A stretch of DNA of 64,000 nt. It comes from an uncultured Clostridia bacterium (GTDB lineage: Bacteria > Bacillota > Clostridia > Christensenellales > UBA1242). The notes below the pieces were generated by a model, which saw only the letters and a list, made by a program, of their open reading frames with translations, was not told the origin of the DNA and did not search any database. The DNA lies in contig CANSRZ010000003.1 in NCBI GenBank assembly GCA_947649575.1, positions 35,996 to 99,995 on the forward strand, written 5' to 3'. The position numbers were made by a program, and so were the translations under genes. Below are positions 47,174-55,836 of the stretch, piece by piece (position 1 is the first letter of the stretch; every line of letters begins with the position of its first letter).

Positions 47174-48598
47174 TTATTCCCCTTTCGCCTTTTTGGCTAT
47201 ATTTATTTTAAGCTGAGTTTTAAGCACATCACTTCGCTTTATTGAAAACTTAGAAAATATTAAAATAGAAAGTGCAAGGGCTATTGAACAGCCACAGAAA
47301 ACAACTATTCCAAGCCCTGTCTGCACGCTCATCGCTTGAACTGGCTGAGTGCTGTCAAATTTGATAAAATCAAGAAGCAGACCAATTATCAAAAGGCTGA
47401 TTGAATTTGCAAGGTTATATGTGAAAGTGTAATAGCCAGTGTATGCTCCTGCATTATTTTGCCCTGTTTTGTACATTTCAAGCGTGACAACATCGGCATA
47501 CATAGACATTGGCAAACTATACATTGCGCCAAGTCCAACTCCACAAGTAGCTATACAAATAAGCACAAGCCAAAACATGGTGTTAGGCTGAGCATAATCA
47601 CGAAAAAGAAAAGTTAAAAGCGTCAAACTTATGCCAAGCAATATTACTGATAAAGCGATAACCAGCGCTTGTTTTTTATCCACTTTTTTAGCCACATTAA
47701 CCCACAACATTTGAGAAGCAATTGCTCCGCCAAACAGAGCAATCAACATAAAAGAAATCTGCGCACTTGAAAAGTGATAGCAATATGTGAATAAATGCAT
47801 GCCAACGCTCATTAAAAAAGCCGAAGCCACCGTTGCCATGGCATAGCCCAAAATTACTGCCCTAAAATTTGGCTTTTTGATAACTTCAAAATATCCGCCG
47901 AGTAGTTTTTTAAAATTAAGTTTTTCTTGCTTAAAAACCATAAAATTAGGACTCCGCCTAACATTTCTTAAAGTCCCAAAAACGGCAATCAGTCCGCAAA
48001 TTAACACAAGGCATGAATTGACCATTGCCATTTTGACATACCCAGCCTGACTGAAATCTGTTTGAACGCCCAGCGATATTGACGGCATAAAAAAGTAAAG
48101 CATAATGCTTGGCAAAATCATGCCAATGATATTAAATACTGTTTTGTAACCTTGTATTTTTGACTGCTCGTTATAGTCAGGCGCAATATCAATCGCCAGT
48201 GCTGAAAATGGCGTGCTAAAAAAAGTATTTGCAGTTTCAATTGCAAGCATCATCACAAGAAGCCAAAAAAATTTACCCAAATCACCAATATTTGCAGGCA
48301 TTGACCAAATAAGAATATTTAAAAATGCAATCACAACAGAGCCACAAAGCATGTACCCCAGTCGCCTGCCAAAAAATTTGCTTTTTGTGTTATCGCTCAG
48401 ATACCCCACAAGCGGGTCACTTACGCCGTCCCAAAGTGATGAAATAGCCACTGCCAAGCCAACAAGCGTGCCTGGAATGCCCATAATTGAAGTGCCAAAG
48501 AACATAATAAAATTGCCCAATGTCTGCGACATTGAGTTATAGCCAAGCCCGCCCACGCCATAACAAACTTTTGTAGCCCACGGCAACTTCTTTTTCAC
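47174..48598 (-). CDS. Glycoside-pentoside-hexuronide (GPH):cation symporter family MFS transporter
   Basis: 12 TM segments. The GPH signature is SLWDGVSDPLVGYLSDNTKSKFFGRR. Confidence 0.8.
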   Translation of the reverse strand: MKKKLPWATKVCYGVGGLGYNSMSQTLGNFIMFFGTSIMGIPGTLVGLAVAISSLWDGVSDPLVGYLSDNTKSKFFGRRLGYMLCGSVVIAFLNILIWSMPANIGDLGKFFWLLVMMLAIETANTFFSTPFSALAIDIAPDYNEQSKIQGYKTVFNIIGMILPSIMLYFFMPSISLGVQTDFSQAGYVKMAMVNSCLVLICGLIAVFGTLRNVRRSPNFMVFKQEKLNFKKLLGGYFEVIKKPNFRAVILGYAMATVASAFLMSVGMHLFTYCYHFSSAQISFMLIALFGGAIASQMLWVNVAKKVDKKQALVIALSVILLGISLTLLTFLFRDYAQPNTMFWLVLICIATCGVGLGAMYSLPMSMYADVVTLEMYKTGQNNAGAYTGYYTFTYNLANSISLLIIGLLLDFIKFDSTQPVQAMSVQTGLGIVVFCGCSIALALSILIFSKFSIKRSDVLKTQLKINIAKKAKGE

Positions 48599-48661
48599 TA
48601 TATTAACTTATGCTTGGCCACAAATGGATATGTTAAAAAGCATCAAAAAAGAAGAGTATAT

Positions 48662-49390
48662 TTACTCTTCCTCTTCTTCTTTTTTCTCTGGAACGAATGG
48701 CTCTGGATGAAGCAAGCGTTGAGCAATTTCAAATCGGCTTTGCTCAAACGGCACAAGTTCTTTGCAATAATGGTCTATCGCGTCTATAATTTCCTTATTG
48801 AATTTTTCATATTTATCTTCGCTTGACATAATGATTGCCACGCCCTCGCGTTTGACTTTTTTATTCGTTTCCAAATCTTTGTAAACAACAAACTCATGCA
48901 AAAGCTTACATTCATAGCCAGTGCCTGAAATAAAGCGATATTTTTCACCAGTTACAGTTATTTCAATCTTAGGAACAGTTTGTCGAACAATTGAAACAAG
49001 GTCAATTGTAAACACATTGGCATAAGAATTTGAAATTGCATTGGCTATTTGAGTTGGAAAATCCTTTGGCGCTTCTGTCTTTTCGCATTCGCCTAAAAAG
49101 AACTTTTGGCTTGGGCGTTTATATCCACCTGGCAGTTTACTTATTTTTCTAACTTTAAAGAAAACTTTATCACCCTCAAATTGTTTACTTAAAACAAGCC
49201 CTGCATTGGACATTAAGTTGTTTTTAACATCATAAACAATCTCATTGCCTTTAAACTTGCCGTCAGAAACAAGTTTATAAAATTTAAGATTTTCATCAAG
49301 TTTTTTATAAATTTTGTTAAAATTGCCAGTAATCAATTGATAATGCACTTTTTTGGTCATTTCATTTTCAAGTTTATCTTTACTTTTCAT
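48662..49390 (-). CDS. Hypothetical cytoplasmic protein with an acidic C-terminus
   Basis: 242 aa, beta-rich, ending in EKKEEEEE. A CYTH-like barrel is possible but I see no diagnostic motif. Confidence 0.5.
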   Translation of the reverse strand: MKSKDKLENEMTKKVHYQLITGNFNKIYKKLDENLKFYKLVSDGKFKGNEIVYDVKNNLMSNAGLVLSKQFEGDKVFFKVRKISKLPGGYKRPSQKFFLGECEKTEAPKDFPTQIANAISNSYANVFTIDLVSIVRQTVPKIEITVTGEKYRFISGTGYECKLLHEFVVYKDLETNKKVKREGVAIIMSSEDKYEKFNKEIIDAIDHYCKELVPFEQSRFEIAQRLLHPEPFVPEKKEEEEE

Positions 49391-49486
49391 AAATCCACCT
49401 CATATATAGAGTTTACTTTTTTTTCAAAAAAAAAGCAAATGTTTAACAATTGTTTTTTAAGGAATAATCATAAAAGGAGGCAAAAT

Positions 49487-50086
49487 ATGAATTTTTTAGA
49501 AAGCAAAACCAAAGAAAACCTTGCAAGAGCTTTTGCTGCTGAATGTCAAGACGGAGCAAGATATCAATTTATGGCAAAGTCTGCCAAAGCAGATGGATTT
49601 TCTTTTATCACAGACCAACTTAAAATGTTGGCTAAAAACGAAATGGCTCATGCGTCACGATTTTATCAACTGATGTTAAAAAACCTTGGAAACACAAAGG
49701 AAGATAATGTGCCTATCGAGGCTGGTTATCCTTTTGAGCCACCCGAGCTGAGTAGCAGTTTACAATCTGCCAGTGACATTGAGCTTTATGAAGCCAAAAA
49801 CATTTATCCTGCTTTTGCCAAGATTGCAAAAGATGAGGGCTATGCAGAAATTGCGGAAGCATTTTTATTGATTGCAAAAGTTGAGCAAACTCATCATCTT
49901 ATTTTGCAAGCATTTGCTGATATGTATAAAAACAACTGCATGTATAAGGCAAACAGCAAATTGCTTTGGAAATGTTCAAACTGTGGCAATGAAGAAGAAC
50001 GCAAAGAAGCTTGGTTAAATTGTCCGTTATGTTCTTATCCGCAAGGCTATGTTATGATTCCACAGCAAAAAATTCAACAAAGTTAA
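49487..50086 (+). CDS. rbr: Rubrerythrin (ferritin-like diiron domain plus C-terminal rubredoxin-type CxxC...CxxC)
   Basis: AAAAGGAGG RBS. MNFLESKTKENLARAFAAECQDGARYQF, ...NEMAHASRF..., then CSNCGNEE...CPLCSYP. Confidence 0.9.
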   Translation: MNFLESKTKENLARAFAAECQDGARYQFMAKSAKADGFSFITDQLKMLAKNEMAHASRFYQLMLKNLGNTKEDNVPIEAGYPFEPPELSSSLQSASDIELYEAKNIYPAFAKIAKDEGYAEIAEAFLLIAKVEQTHHLILQAFADMYKNNCMYKANSKLLWKCSNCGNEEERKEAWLNCPLCSYPQGYVMIPQQKIQQS

Positions 50087-50115
50087 AAAAAGAGCAAAAC
50101 TTGCTCTTTTTTTTA
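50085..50115. terminator. Bidirectional intrinsic terminator
   Basis: AAAAAAAGAGCAA-aac-TTGCTCTTTTTTTT lies between convergent genes. Confidence 0.8.
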
Positions 50116-50730
50116 ACTTAATTCACTTTCAGCACCTTTAACTTTTACTCCCTCTGTTGATAAAAGGCTGATTGCGCTATCCTTTATTATTCTGCAATAT
50201 TGACGAGTGCCAACATCGGTCAAAGATGGATAGAACTCTCTAAAATATCTATTAGCTTTATCCAAATCGCCTGTTGCCTCCATAGTTGTTACACTTGCAA
50301 GCAAATCATGAACAAACAATGCTTGATAAATCATGCTTTCATCCTCAGTCAGTTTGCCACGCTTTACACTTTCATTATTCATTTTGCTACGTTCAGTCAA
50401 CAACTTTTCAAGCAAATCAAGCCCCTCTGCGCTGTTAAGTTTTTGCGAAATCTGTGCAAGGTCATTGTCATGAAGTTCTCGAACTGTTGCAAGATGTTTT
50501 TCAACCTCTTCTGACTTTGTCTCACCCTTTTTATGACTTGCAATCATGCCAAGCGCTCTGCTAAATGTTTTCGAGGCTTGTTTTGCCTCTTGCAAATATG
50601 TAGCCGTGTCCTCCACCTTTGCAGTAGACTTTAAATCTTGTTTATAACTATCTTCCAATATAATATTGGCAAAGCTTTTTTGCTCATCATTAAAAATTGG
50701 AGTATCCTTAACATTCAACCCTTGTTCCAT
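50113..50730 (-). CDS. Hypothetical helical cytoplasmic protein
   Basis: 205 aa with GGAGG upstream. No recognisable motif. Confidence 0.55.
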   Translation of the reverse strand: MEQGLNVKDTPIFNDEQKSFANIILEDSYKQDLKSTAKVEDTATYLQEAKQASKTFSRALGMIASHKKGETKSEEVEKHLATVRELHDNDLAQISQKLNSAEGLDLLEKLLTERSKMNNESVKRGKLTEDESMIYQALFVHDLLASVTTMEATGDLDKANRYFREFYPSLTDVGTRQYCRIIKDSAISLLSTEGVKVKGAESELS

Positions 50731-50857
50731 AACAACCTCCTAAAATATTGTATCACAAAAGCAAATTTCAAGTCAAACTTTCTTTTAAATTTGCCGAAAT
50801 TTATTAAAATATTTTTTTGCTTAAAAAGAAAAAAGAATGTATAAAAACATTCTTTTT

Positions 50858-51133
50858 TTAGCCGTTAAAAATATCTTTAAAACTATTGCCAAATTTGAAA
50901 TTAGGAACTTTGCAAGCTTTGATTTTAACCTTTTCTTTTGTAAGCGGATTGATACCCTCTCTTGCTGCTTTCTTTTTAAGTTCATAAGTGCCGAATCCAG
51001 CAATTTGGATTTTTTCTCCTGCTTTAAGTGCGTCAACGATTGTAGCTGCCATAGCGTCAAAAGCAATGCCTGCGTCTTTTTGAGTAAATCCTGCTTTATC
51101 AGCAAAAGCTTTGATAAATTGTTGTTTATTCAT
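50858..51133 (-). CDS. hup: HU-family nucleoid-associated DNA-binding protein
   Basis: MNKQQFIKAFADKAGFTQKDAGIAFDAMAATIVDALKAGEKIQIAGFGTYELKKKAAREGINPLTKEKVKI..KVPNFK.G is a canonical HU sequence. Confidence 0.95.
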   Translation of the reverse strand: MNKQQFIKAFADKAGFTQKDAGIAFDAMAATIVDALKAGEKIQIAGFGTYELKKKAAREGINPLTKEKVKIKACKVPNFKFGNSFKDIFNG

Positions 51134-51228
51134 AAATTTCATATCTCCTTTTTGATTTTTGACCTCTGCCTAACATAATAATAACATATTTTTTGCCTAT
51201 TAGCAAACGATTTAAACAAATTTATCAC

Positions 51229-52059
51229 TTACCAAGATAAAAAGTTGCTTATATTTTTCCAAAAATAGCCCATCATGCTTTTAAGTTGCGCCCACCAAAG
51301 AGTGCCATTATCTCTATATTGTTTTGCATTATGAACAATGCAAACAACCTTGCCAACAACCCAGTCCTCTTGTGCTATGCCAGAATTTCTTGCATCTCCA
51401 CTGTTTGACCTATGGTCACCCATATAAAACATTTCGCCTTTGCCAAGCACATAAAACTTCATCTTTTTGCCGTTATATTCCACAACCTTGATTTGATTTA
51501 AGTTTACAGGATTTGCAAAATATCCATTATAGAAATCTCTTTCATAGGTATAATATGAATCAGAATCATATCTCGCTGGATATCTTGAAATCCAAAGGTC
51601 GTTGTCTGCTGGGTCAGTATAGTCCTCATTCAACTGTTGAATATAGCCCGTCCCAGATCTAATAACATAAGTGTTATAATTATATTCATCAGTTCCTTGC
51701 AAAGCGGGATCTACACAGATTGAAATCCAATCGCCCTCTTTTGCAATAACCCTCTTAATCACAGTATTTTTTTCATTTGGACGTTGGATGATTGCGATAT
51801 CACGATATTCAACATTTGCTCCCACCCTGATATAAACACCATCTTGCAGTTTATCTTCATCACTGCCTAAAAAAGCGTCAGGGTTTATGGTAGGTTGCAT
51901 AGATGTTCCACTAACAGGATAATATTGATACATTCTATCAAATATATGCATGCCAAGAAAGCCACAGCCGAAGATTAACGCGACAACAAAAACACATGTA
52001 AAAACCCAATAAAGTACATTATTTAATATATTTTTTTCAATTTTTTCATTGTTTTCCAT
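51229..52059 (-). CDS. lepB: Signal peptidase I (S26 family)
   Basis: N-terminal TM segment. Catalytic Ser box VSGTSMQPTI, Lys box IKRVIAKEGD, and GDHRSNSGDAR. Confidence 0.9.
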   Translation of the reverse strand: MENNEKIEKNILNNVLYWVFTCVFVVALIFGCGFLGMHIFDRMYQYYPVSGTSMQPTINPDAFLGSDEDKLQDGVYIRVGANVEYRDIAIIQRPNEKNTVIKRVIAKEGDWISICVDPALQGTDEYNYNTYVIRSGTGYIQQLNEDYTDPADNDLWISRYPARYDSDSYYTYERDFYNGYFANPVNLNQIKVVEYNGKKMKFYVLGKGEMFYMGDHRSNSGDARNSGIAQEDWVVGKVVCIVHNAKQYRDNGTLWWAQLKSMMGYFWKNISNFLSW

Positions 52060-52603
52060 TAAATTTTCTCCTTTCTGCTAATGAAAAAGCGCATCCGCAA
52101 TAATCTTGCCTATACAAATTATATTGTTTAGAAAACTCTATGCTCTTTTTATATCCGTCTTGCTTTTTAAAATTTCCAGCCAAAAACTCTATATCATATT
52201 TTTCACTAATTTCTTGTCCAACCATATTAATAACAGCAGTGTTTTTATGTGGACTAACTGACAACGTTGTTGCAAAAACATCAAAATTATTGTTTTTTGC
52301 ATAAGAAGCCGTTTTGTCTAATCTTAATTCAAAACATAGTTTACAACGCTCGCCACCCTCTCTGTCTTGTTCATGACCTTTTGTTTTACACACAAATTCC
52401 TGTGTGTCATAAGCAATATCAATCACAGGAATTTCAACAATTTTACAAAATTTCTTTTGTTCAGCAAGCCTATGAGCATACTCCTCTTGTGGCTGAATGT
52501 TTGGATTGTAATAAAAAACTGTTATATCATAATCCTTTCTTAAAACATCAATCACTTGCGTGCTACAAGGTCCGCAACATGAATGTAATAAAAGTTTTTT
52601 CAT
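52046..52603 (-). CDS. queH: Epoxyqueuosine reductase QueH (DUF208)
   Basis: LLHSCCGPCS, FYYNPNIQPQEEY and CGC motifs; 185 aa. Confidence 0.9.
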   Translation of the reverse strand: MKKLLLHSCCGPCSTQVIDVLRKDYDITVFYYNPNIQPQEEYAHRLAEQKKFCKIVEIPVIDIAYDTQEFVCKTKGHEQDREGGERCKLCFELRLDKTASYAKNNNFDVFATTLSVSPHKNTAVINMVGQEISEKYDIEFLAGNFKKQDGYKKSIEFSKQYNLYRQDYCGCAFSLAERRKFNGKQ

Positions 52604-52615
52604 GCCTGACCTCGC

Positions 52616-53080
52616 TTATTCAATAGTTTTCAAGATTTTTACAAGGTCTGCAAGCACTTTTTCAGACTTAACAGCCTCGCTAAACTTTGACGGCATCTCT
52701 TTTAAATTAACCATAAAGCATGCCAGGCAATCGCCGCAATTGCAAAATACTTGAACAGTGATAAGTGGCTTATCTCCGTGACCGCGTATTATATAAGTTG
52801 GAAAAACAAAACCATTAGCCTTTAATGCTGGGCAACTGATTAGTGTATATTTGCCAGAAATATTATCAATATTTGTTACAACCCTATCATAACTTTCAAA
52901 AAATTCGTCAGGGTCTCTGTGAATAGCAAACAAAGAAATGACTTCACCTTTTTCTGAAACATAGTTCTGAACATTCACCATGCCTTGCCCGTTAGGCAAA
53001 TCATAGATATCTTGACTTTTGTTCCACCCAGCTGGCAAATCAAAAGAAATTTCATTCAAAGACATAATAACTTCGCGCAT
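52616..53080 (-). CDS. Hypothetical protein (Cys cluster CNCGDCLAC)
   Basis: The start is placed at MREVIMSLNE, 6 nt after AAGAGG. No family recognised. Confidence 0.5.
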   Translation of the reverse strand: MREVIMSLNEISFDLPAGWNKSQDIYDLPNGQGMVNVQNYVSEKGEVISLFAIHRDPDEFFESYDRVVTNIDNISGKYTLISCPALKANGFVFPTYIIRGHGDKPLITVQVFCNCGDCLACFMVNLKEMPSKFSEAVKSEKVLADLVKILKTIE

Positions 53081-53211
53081 AATTAACCTCTTGCACATAA
53101 TTATGCCATATTTCAATAAGTTTGTCAAATATTATAAAGTTTTATTTCTTTACAGTTTTTGTTCTTTGATATCATTTTCATTTGCTTACTTTTCACGCCA
53201 AAAAGTAATAC

Positions 53212-53553
53212 TTACGCTTGCTGACCGAAAACAGCATAACACATAATGTCGTTGACAGATTGATTGATAAGTGAATACACCAAAATTTTGCCGTCCCTAC
53301 GATAACTTACAATCCCTTGGTCTTTCAAAAGTTTAAGCTGATGCGAAATAGTCGTTTGATTGATTCCTAAAAGATTAGATAAATCACTAACACATAAACT
53401 TGAAATAGCAAGACAAGACAAAATCTTAATTCTTGTGTTATCTGCAAAATTCTGAAAATAACATGCCAATTTTTCTACTTGATTTTCTTCTGGCAAACTG
53501 CAAATAATATCATGCTTGTTTCGCTCAGATAATAATAAATATTTACTTTGCAT
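53212..53553 (-). CDS. ArsR/SmtB-family metalloregulator-type transcriptional repressor
   Basis: AAAGGAG RBS before MQSKYLL. HTH region FADNTRIKILSCLAISSLCVSDLSNLLGINQTTISHQLKLLKDQGIVSYRRDGKILVYSL. Confidence 0.85.
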   Translation of the reverse strand: MQSKYLLLSERNKHDIICSLPEENQVEKLACYFQNFADNTRIKILSCLAISSLCVSDLSNLLGINQTTISHQLKLLKDQGIVSYRRDGKILVYSLINQSVNDIMCYAVFGQQA

Positions 53554-53709
53554 AAAAATCTCCTTTAACACTTTTTTTGATTAATTCATACAAATATATA
53601 TGACTAATACCATTGTGCCAGAAAAAAGAAAAAATTCCAAAGAGAAAATTTTATAATTTTACATAATTTTGTTTTATTAAATATTTTTTTGTTGAAAGGA
53701 GAAATAATT

Positions 53710-53907
53710 ATGAATTTATCACGAAATGTTTTGCTTATTTTGATTTTATCAGTGCTAGCCTCAGCAACTGATACAAATCTAGCCACAAATCAAAACTTCT
53801 TGCTGTTATTATTGCTGTCGTTGTCCAATGATAACAACTTTAATAATGGATGTTGCAGCACAAATACTTGCCCAGGCAATAATTTATTCACTCAATTTTC
53901 AATTTAA
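53710..53907 (+). CDS. Small hydrophobic, Cys-containing peptide (65 aa), divergent from the ArsR gene
   Basis: AAAGGAG RBS 7 nt upstream. MNLSRNVLLILILSVLASATDTNLATNQNFLLLLLLSLSNDNNFNNGCCSTNTCPGNNLFTQFSI. Confidence 0.5.
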   Translation: MNLSRNVLLILILSVLASATDTNLATNQNFLLLLLLSLSNDNNFNNGCCSTNTCPGNNLFTQFSI

Positions 53908-53979
53908 GCGTAAATTTTTAGCGCTTTTTTGAGTAAATATAAAAAATTTTTAATTTTTTGAAAAATTTTGAAAAATCAT

Positions 53980-54007
53980 TTGACAAATCCCCCCCCCGCA
54001 ATATAAT
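53980..54007 (+). promoter_or_regulatory. Sigma-A-type promoter with a C9 tract in its 16-nt spacer, driving the first pilin-like paralog
   Basis: TTGACA(53980-85)-AATCCCCCCCCCGCAA-TATAAT(54002-07), with the tract at 53989-53997. The AAAGGAG RBS and ATG 54038 follow 30 nt later. Confidence 0.7.
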
Positions 54008-54037
54008 AGGCTATATTCTAAAACAAAGGAGAAAAAT

Positions 54038-54421
54038 ATGGGGATTTTTTCAAGATTATTGGACACGACAACAAATACAGCAAACACAGCCACCACTGGC
54101 TGGGCAGGCGCTTTTAGTGATGCTAATATTACTGAAAAATTTGGAGCAGAATATGTTAGCAAACTTTCTTGGATTGCAAAAGTATTTGGCCCAATCAGTA
54201 TCGTGATGTACATATTAATGGGGCTTGTTGGTGCTGCTGGTGCGGTTTATGCAATCTATCTTGGCGTTATGCTTGCCAAAGCTGAGGATACATCAAAACG
54301 CGATGAAGCAAGAAAACACTTGATCACTGTTCTTATCGCTGTTGCTTGTACTGTTGTTCTTGTTTTGTTCTTTAATTTATTGTTACCTGAAATAGTTGTT
54401 AAACTAATCTCAGTAAAATAG
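54038..54421 (+). CDS. Pilin-like small two-TM membrane protein, paralog 1
   Basis: Variable N-terminus, then the core FGPISIVMYILMGLVGAAGAVYAIYLGVMLAKAEDTSKRDEARKHLITVLIAVACTVVLVLFFNLLLPEIV. The TM-charged loop-TM hairpin resembles VirB2/TrbC-type proteins. Confidence 0.8.
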   Translation: MGIFSRLLDTTTNTANTATTGWAGAFSDANITEKFGAEYVSKLSWIAKVFGPISIVMYILMGLVGAAGAVYAIYLGVMLAKAEDTSKRDEARKHLITVLIAVACTVVLVLFFNLLLPEIVVKLISVK

Positions 54422-54594
54422 CAAATAAAAAACTTAATATGTTGAACAAAATCGAGATAAAATATTTTTGAAAAAATATTTAAAAAAATATGTCGATTTT
54501 GTTTGACATTTTTTTTTATTTAGTTTATTATTCTTTTGTAACTTATAAATATTTTTGCTTAAATTGAACAATAATAAATGGAGGTATAAAATTT

Positions 54595-54981
54595 ATGAAC
54601 GCATTTTTATCAAAATTATTAGGCTGGACTGGTGTCTTCCCACCAACAGGGAGTGATAATATCGCTGATGCCAGCAAATATAAATATGCATGGGTTGGCG
54701 ATGTTTTCGGACCAATCAGTATTGTAATGTACATTCTTATGGGTTTGGTTGGTGCAGCAGGTGCGGTTTACGCAATTTATCTTGGCATTATGCTTGCTAA
54801 GGCTGAAGACCAATCTAAACGTGAAGAAGCTAGAAAACACTTAATCACTGTTCTTATCGCCGTTGCATGTACTGTTGTTCTTGTATTATTCTTCAATGAA
54901 TTATTGCCATTAATTGTAGAAGCACTTATTGGTACACCAGAGGGCATACTTCCTGGCTTAAAACCAAAACCTTGGAATTAA
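54595..54981 (+). CDS. Pilin-like small two-TM membrane protein, paralog 2
   Basis: GGAGG RBS. Own promoter: TTGACA(54503-08), a 17-nt spacer beginning with T9, then TATTAT. Same core with different N- and C-termini. Confidence 0.8.
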   Translation: MNAFLSKLLGWTGVFPPTGSDNIADASKYKYAWVGDVFGPISIVMYILMGLVGAAGAVYAIYLGIMLAKAEDQSKREEARKHLITVLIAVACTVVLVLFFNELLPLIVEALIGTPEGILPGLKPKPWN

Positions 54982-54999
54982 TTATAGGAGGAAAAAATT

Positions 55000-55383
55000 A
55001 TGCAAATTACAAATTTATTAAGAACTTGGGCGAGTTTGTTTGAAGGTTCAACAGACTTTGGCTGGATGGCAGACGTATTTGAGCCAATCAGTATTGTAAT
55101 GTATATCCTTATGGGTTTGGTTGGTGCTGCTGGTGCGGTTTATGCAATCTATCTTGGCGTTATGCTTGCCAAAGCTGAAGACCAATCTAAACGTGAAGAA
55201 GCAAGAAAGCACTTAATCACCGTTCTTATCGCTGTTGCTGTTACCGTTGTTCTTGTTTTGTTCTTCAACTTGCTTATGCCAGAAATCGTATATGCTTTGG
55301 TTGGTAAAGATGTTGACCACCCTACAGATACAACTCAAAACGCTGGACAAATTATTCAAGCAGTAAAAGCATTCCTTCATTAA
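55000..55383 (+). CDS. Pilin-like small two-TM membrane protein, paralog 3
   Basis: AGGAGG RBS 18 nt after the paralog 2 stop, so probably co-transcribed. Same core with unique termini. A terminator follows. Confidence 0.8.
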   Translation: MQITNLLRTWASLFEGSTDFGWMADVFEPISIVMYILMGLVGAAGAVYAIYLGVMLAKAEDQSKREEARKHLITVLIAVAVTVVLVLFFNLLMPEIVYALVGKDVDHPTDTTQNAGQIIQAVKAFLH

Positions 55384-55388
55384 AAATT

Positions 55389-55416
55389 AAAAGTCATCAA
55401 TTGATGACTTTTTTTA
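55389..55416 (+). terminator. Intrinsic terminator after paralog 3
   Basis: AAGTCATCAA-TTGATGACTT followed by T5. Confidence 0.8.
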
Positions 55417-55481
55417 TTTTATATTGCAATTTATTTGAAAAAAATATTTTTTTGTGGTATATTAATTATAAGGAGTTTGAT

Positions 55482-55790
55482 ATGTTATCACTTTTATTGA
55501 AATCATATAAATTTTTAGGTAATTACGCTTGGCTGAATGAAGTTTACACTGTTTTGCCACCTATTCTTTATGCAATCCTCGGTTGCGTTGGCGGAGCTGG
55601 CACTGTTTATGCAATTATACTTGGAGTTAATCTCGCCAAGGCAGACAGCGACGATACTAGAAAAAACGCTGCCAATCGTTTGAAAAATACAATTATCGGT
55701 GTCGCAATTTTGCTTGTTCTTGTGCTTGTAATCAACCTCTTGTTGCCAATGGCACTTGCAGCATTCTTGCCAGTTGAAGTTATAAAGTAA
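55482..55790 (+). CDS. Pilin-like small two-TM membrane protein, paralog 4 (divergent, 102 aa)
   Basis: AGGAG RBS before MLSLLLKSYKF. Core ILGCVGGAGTVYAIILGVNLAKADSDDTRKNAANRLKNTIIGVAILLVLVLVINLLLP. Own TTGAAA...TGgTATATT promoter. Confidence 0.75.
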   Translation: MLSLLLKSYKFLGNYAWLNEVYTVLPPILYAILGCVGGAGTVYAIILGVNLAKADSDDTRKNAANRLKNTIIGVAILLVLVLVINLLLPMALAAFLPVEVIK

Positions 55791-55836
55791 CACTTTTATT
55801 AATCGTCGCATATAAACTTATGTAAGGAGGCATTCC

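Noticed and set aside
54038-55790. Calling the four small proteins bona fide conjugative T4SS pilins
   Set aside because: Only the architecture and a loose core motif support this. No profile search could be run and no other T4SS component is present. They are therefore reported as 'pilin-like' and of unknown function.
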